Source: Marsupella aquatica
Taxonomy: Eukaryota > Plantae > Marchantiophyta
DNA length: 64,000 nt
Direction of reading: 5' to 3'
Assembly (NCBI GenBank): GCA_973895155.1
Contig: OZ316894.1
Location: forward strand, 6,222,134 to 6,286,133
The notes under the pieces were generated by a model. That model made no database searches and was not told where the DNA came from. It was given only the letters and a program-made list of their open reading frames with translations. Positions 62,448-64,000 of this stretch are shown piece after piece. The translations under genes and the position numbers were made by a program. How positions within the stretch are numbered: position 1 is the stretch's first letter; the number at the start of each line of letters is the position of its first letter.

Positions 62448-62940
62448 TGTGGATAGGCAAGCAAGGGTGAGCTGGTCTTGGCCATTGGGGATATGCAAAC
62501 TAAGACCTGAACAAGCTAGGGTTTAGGGTGCTCTGGCAATGATTGAAGGAGAAGAAAGTTGTGAAGGAGGATCAGGTCATGGGTCAGGGTATGGGCAGAT
62601 TGCTGGTCCAAAGCTCCAGGGATAACTACACAAAACTTGTAGGCACTATGTGCAATTCACATTAAGGTATTTTCATACCATTTTGACAATTTTGTTTTAT
62701 AAAAGAAGTTAAAGCCCCCATGGACAAGTCAAACCTGGATGGATAGAATTGAAACACAAAAATATGCTTGGATATTGTCGATATAGTATTGTCCCAAAAT
62801 GTGCCTATCAGTGCTCATTTTCCAACTAACCTTTGCCCTCCCACCCTTTTGTCCATCCCATTTTTTTCAAGTTCAGTAAGAAGAGGATAAATTTTACATA
62901 TATTTATGTTATTTAGGAGTTTCAAGACCTTATCATGTCT

Positions 62941-63064
62941 GTCCAGAGAGGCATGGCTATGTGGTAGTTCACTTGAGTTGAGACTCATAGATCTTCTCTT
63001 CAAATGTTGTGACTAGCTATTCCCTTTCTGTGGAGTTTCACAGGTTTCCACTTAAAAAAACAAA
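62941..63064 (+). mobile_element. Short SINE-like repeat, copy 2, with TSD
   Basis: Homologous to 1964-2103, with an A-rich tail. Flanked by ACCTTATCA(T/G)GTCT at 62927-62940 and 63065-63078. Confidence 0.7.
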
Positions 63065-64000
63065 ACCTTATCAGGTCTTTTGATAAATAAATTGCAAGTA
63101 GAGTGAGCACTTCATATTTGTCCCACAACATCTAATGTCCTTTGCTCAAGGTCAAACTCAATTTCATGACAACATAGCAACTTTTCTACACACTATCTTG
63201 ATATTCTGGGACATTGACATTTTGCAAATTAGCTTTACGGCTTGTGGGAACGCTGTTGCAGAAGCTTGCTTTTTTTAAGAGTCGCTCTTTTTACAAGGCC
63301 TGGTTTGAGTAGTTTTGCTCCTCTAAAGTTATCAGAGATTCTAATTTGCCAGAGTTTTATTGTGGAATTCTGTTTGTCAGAGAACTTTGCTCTAATATAA
63401 AAAGTGCTTTTAAGTAATTTTGTTGACATTGTAGACTATCAAAGATTTCAAGTTGCTGATGCTTTGCAGATTACTATCCCAATCCACAGGACAGGGATGG
63501 CCAAATTTAAAGTCTAGGTCCATCTGAGCTATAAACTTCTTTATAGAGTGTAGGAAATAAAGTAAGATCTTTTGAAAAAATAGATCTTCCTCATTGTGTA
63601 ACTATAAAAATAGAATGAGTTATCAAGAATTTTGAAGTTTGAATATGTACATAATATTCGCTTCCTAGAATATGAATATTTTAATGAAGTTGAGATTGCA
63701 CTTTGTATCCTGAAAGTGCTCCAAGTTAACCCTCGGGTCCAACGTCCAAAGAAACATTGGGACCCATGCTCCGGCTCTGTTGGCCAGGTGGCAAAGAGAG
63801 GTCCTGGCTGACACTATGCTGTCGTTTGTGCCTAATTGCCTCTTGATGATCTGCAGCCACCAGTCATGAAGTGGTGGCCTAGACCATGCCGGCATGCCCA
63901 CCCCCCTCAGGTCCTGTAGCAGTTACCAGTCTGAAAATTCAGTGGGCAGACCCTGACAGCTGCGAAATGTTCTCATCTGTTCACACCCCCCCCCCCCCCC

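Noticed and set aside
63985-64000. Poly-C run at the window edge
   Set aside because: Truncated by the window and uninformative.

Overview
Eukaryotic, plant-like DNA; a bryophyte or liverwort origin is an inference from protein style only. It holds one intact host gene, an 8-exon phosphoinositide phospholipase C (3930-7769), followed by a ~52 kb nest of transposons whose layers can be resolved from TIRs and TSDs. The outer layer is a CACTA-like element (~10.4-61.8 kb). Into it has inserted a giant Sola-like TIR element (11973-54171, 25-bp TIRs, CCTT TSD, ~15 kb once nested inserts are removed). That element carries a DDD-type transposase and, transcribed divergently, a large now-degraded spliced gene that reads ParB-like domain, then beta-class amino-DNA-methyltransferase-like domain, then FCP1/NIF-like phosphatase. 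About 18 copies of a 19-bp palindrome are dispersed through it, almost all in non-coding DNA and predicted introns. The accessory gene is broken by two large solo LTRs and a second CACTA element. Three solo LTRs (3.8-5.5 kb) each carry a homologous long coiled-coil gene inside the LTR. Also present: a TIR element with a 116-bp palindromic array, an SmE retrocopy with a 16-bp TSD, a truncated Gypsy, a MITE and SINE-like repeats.
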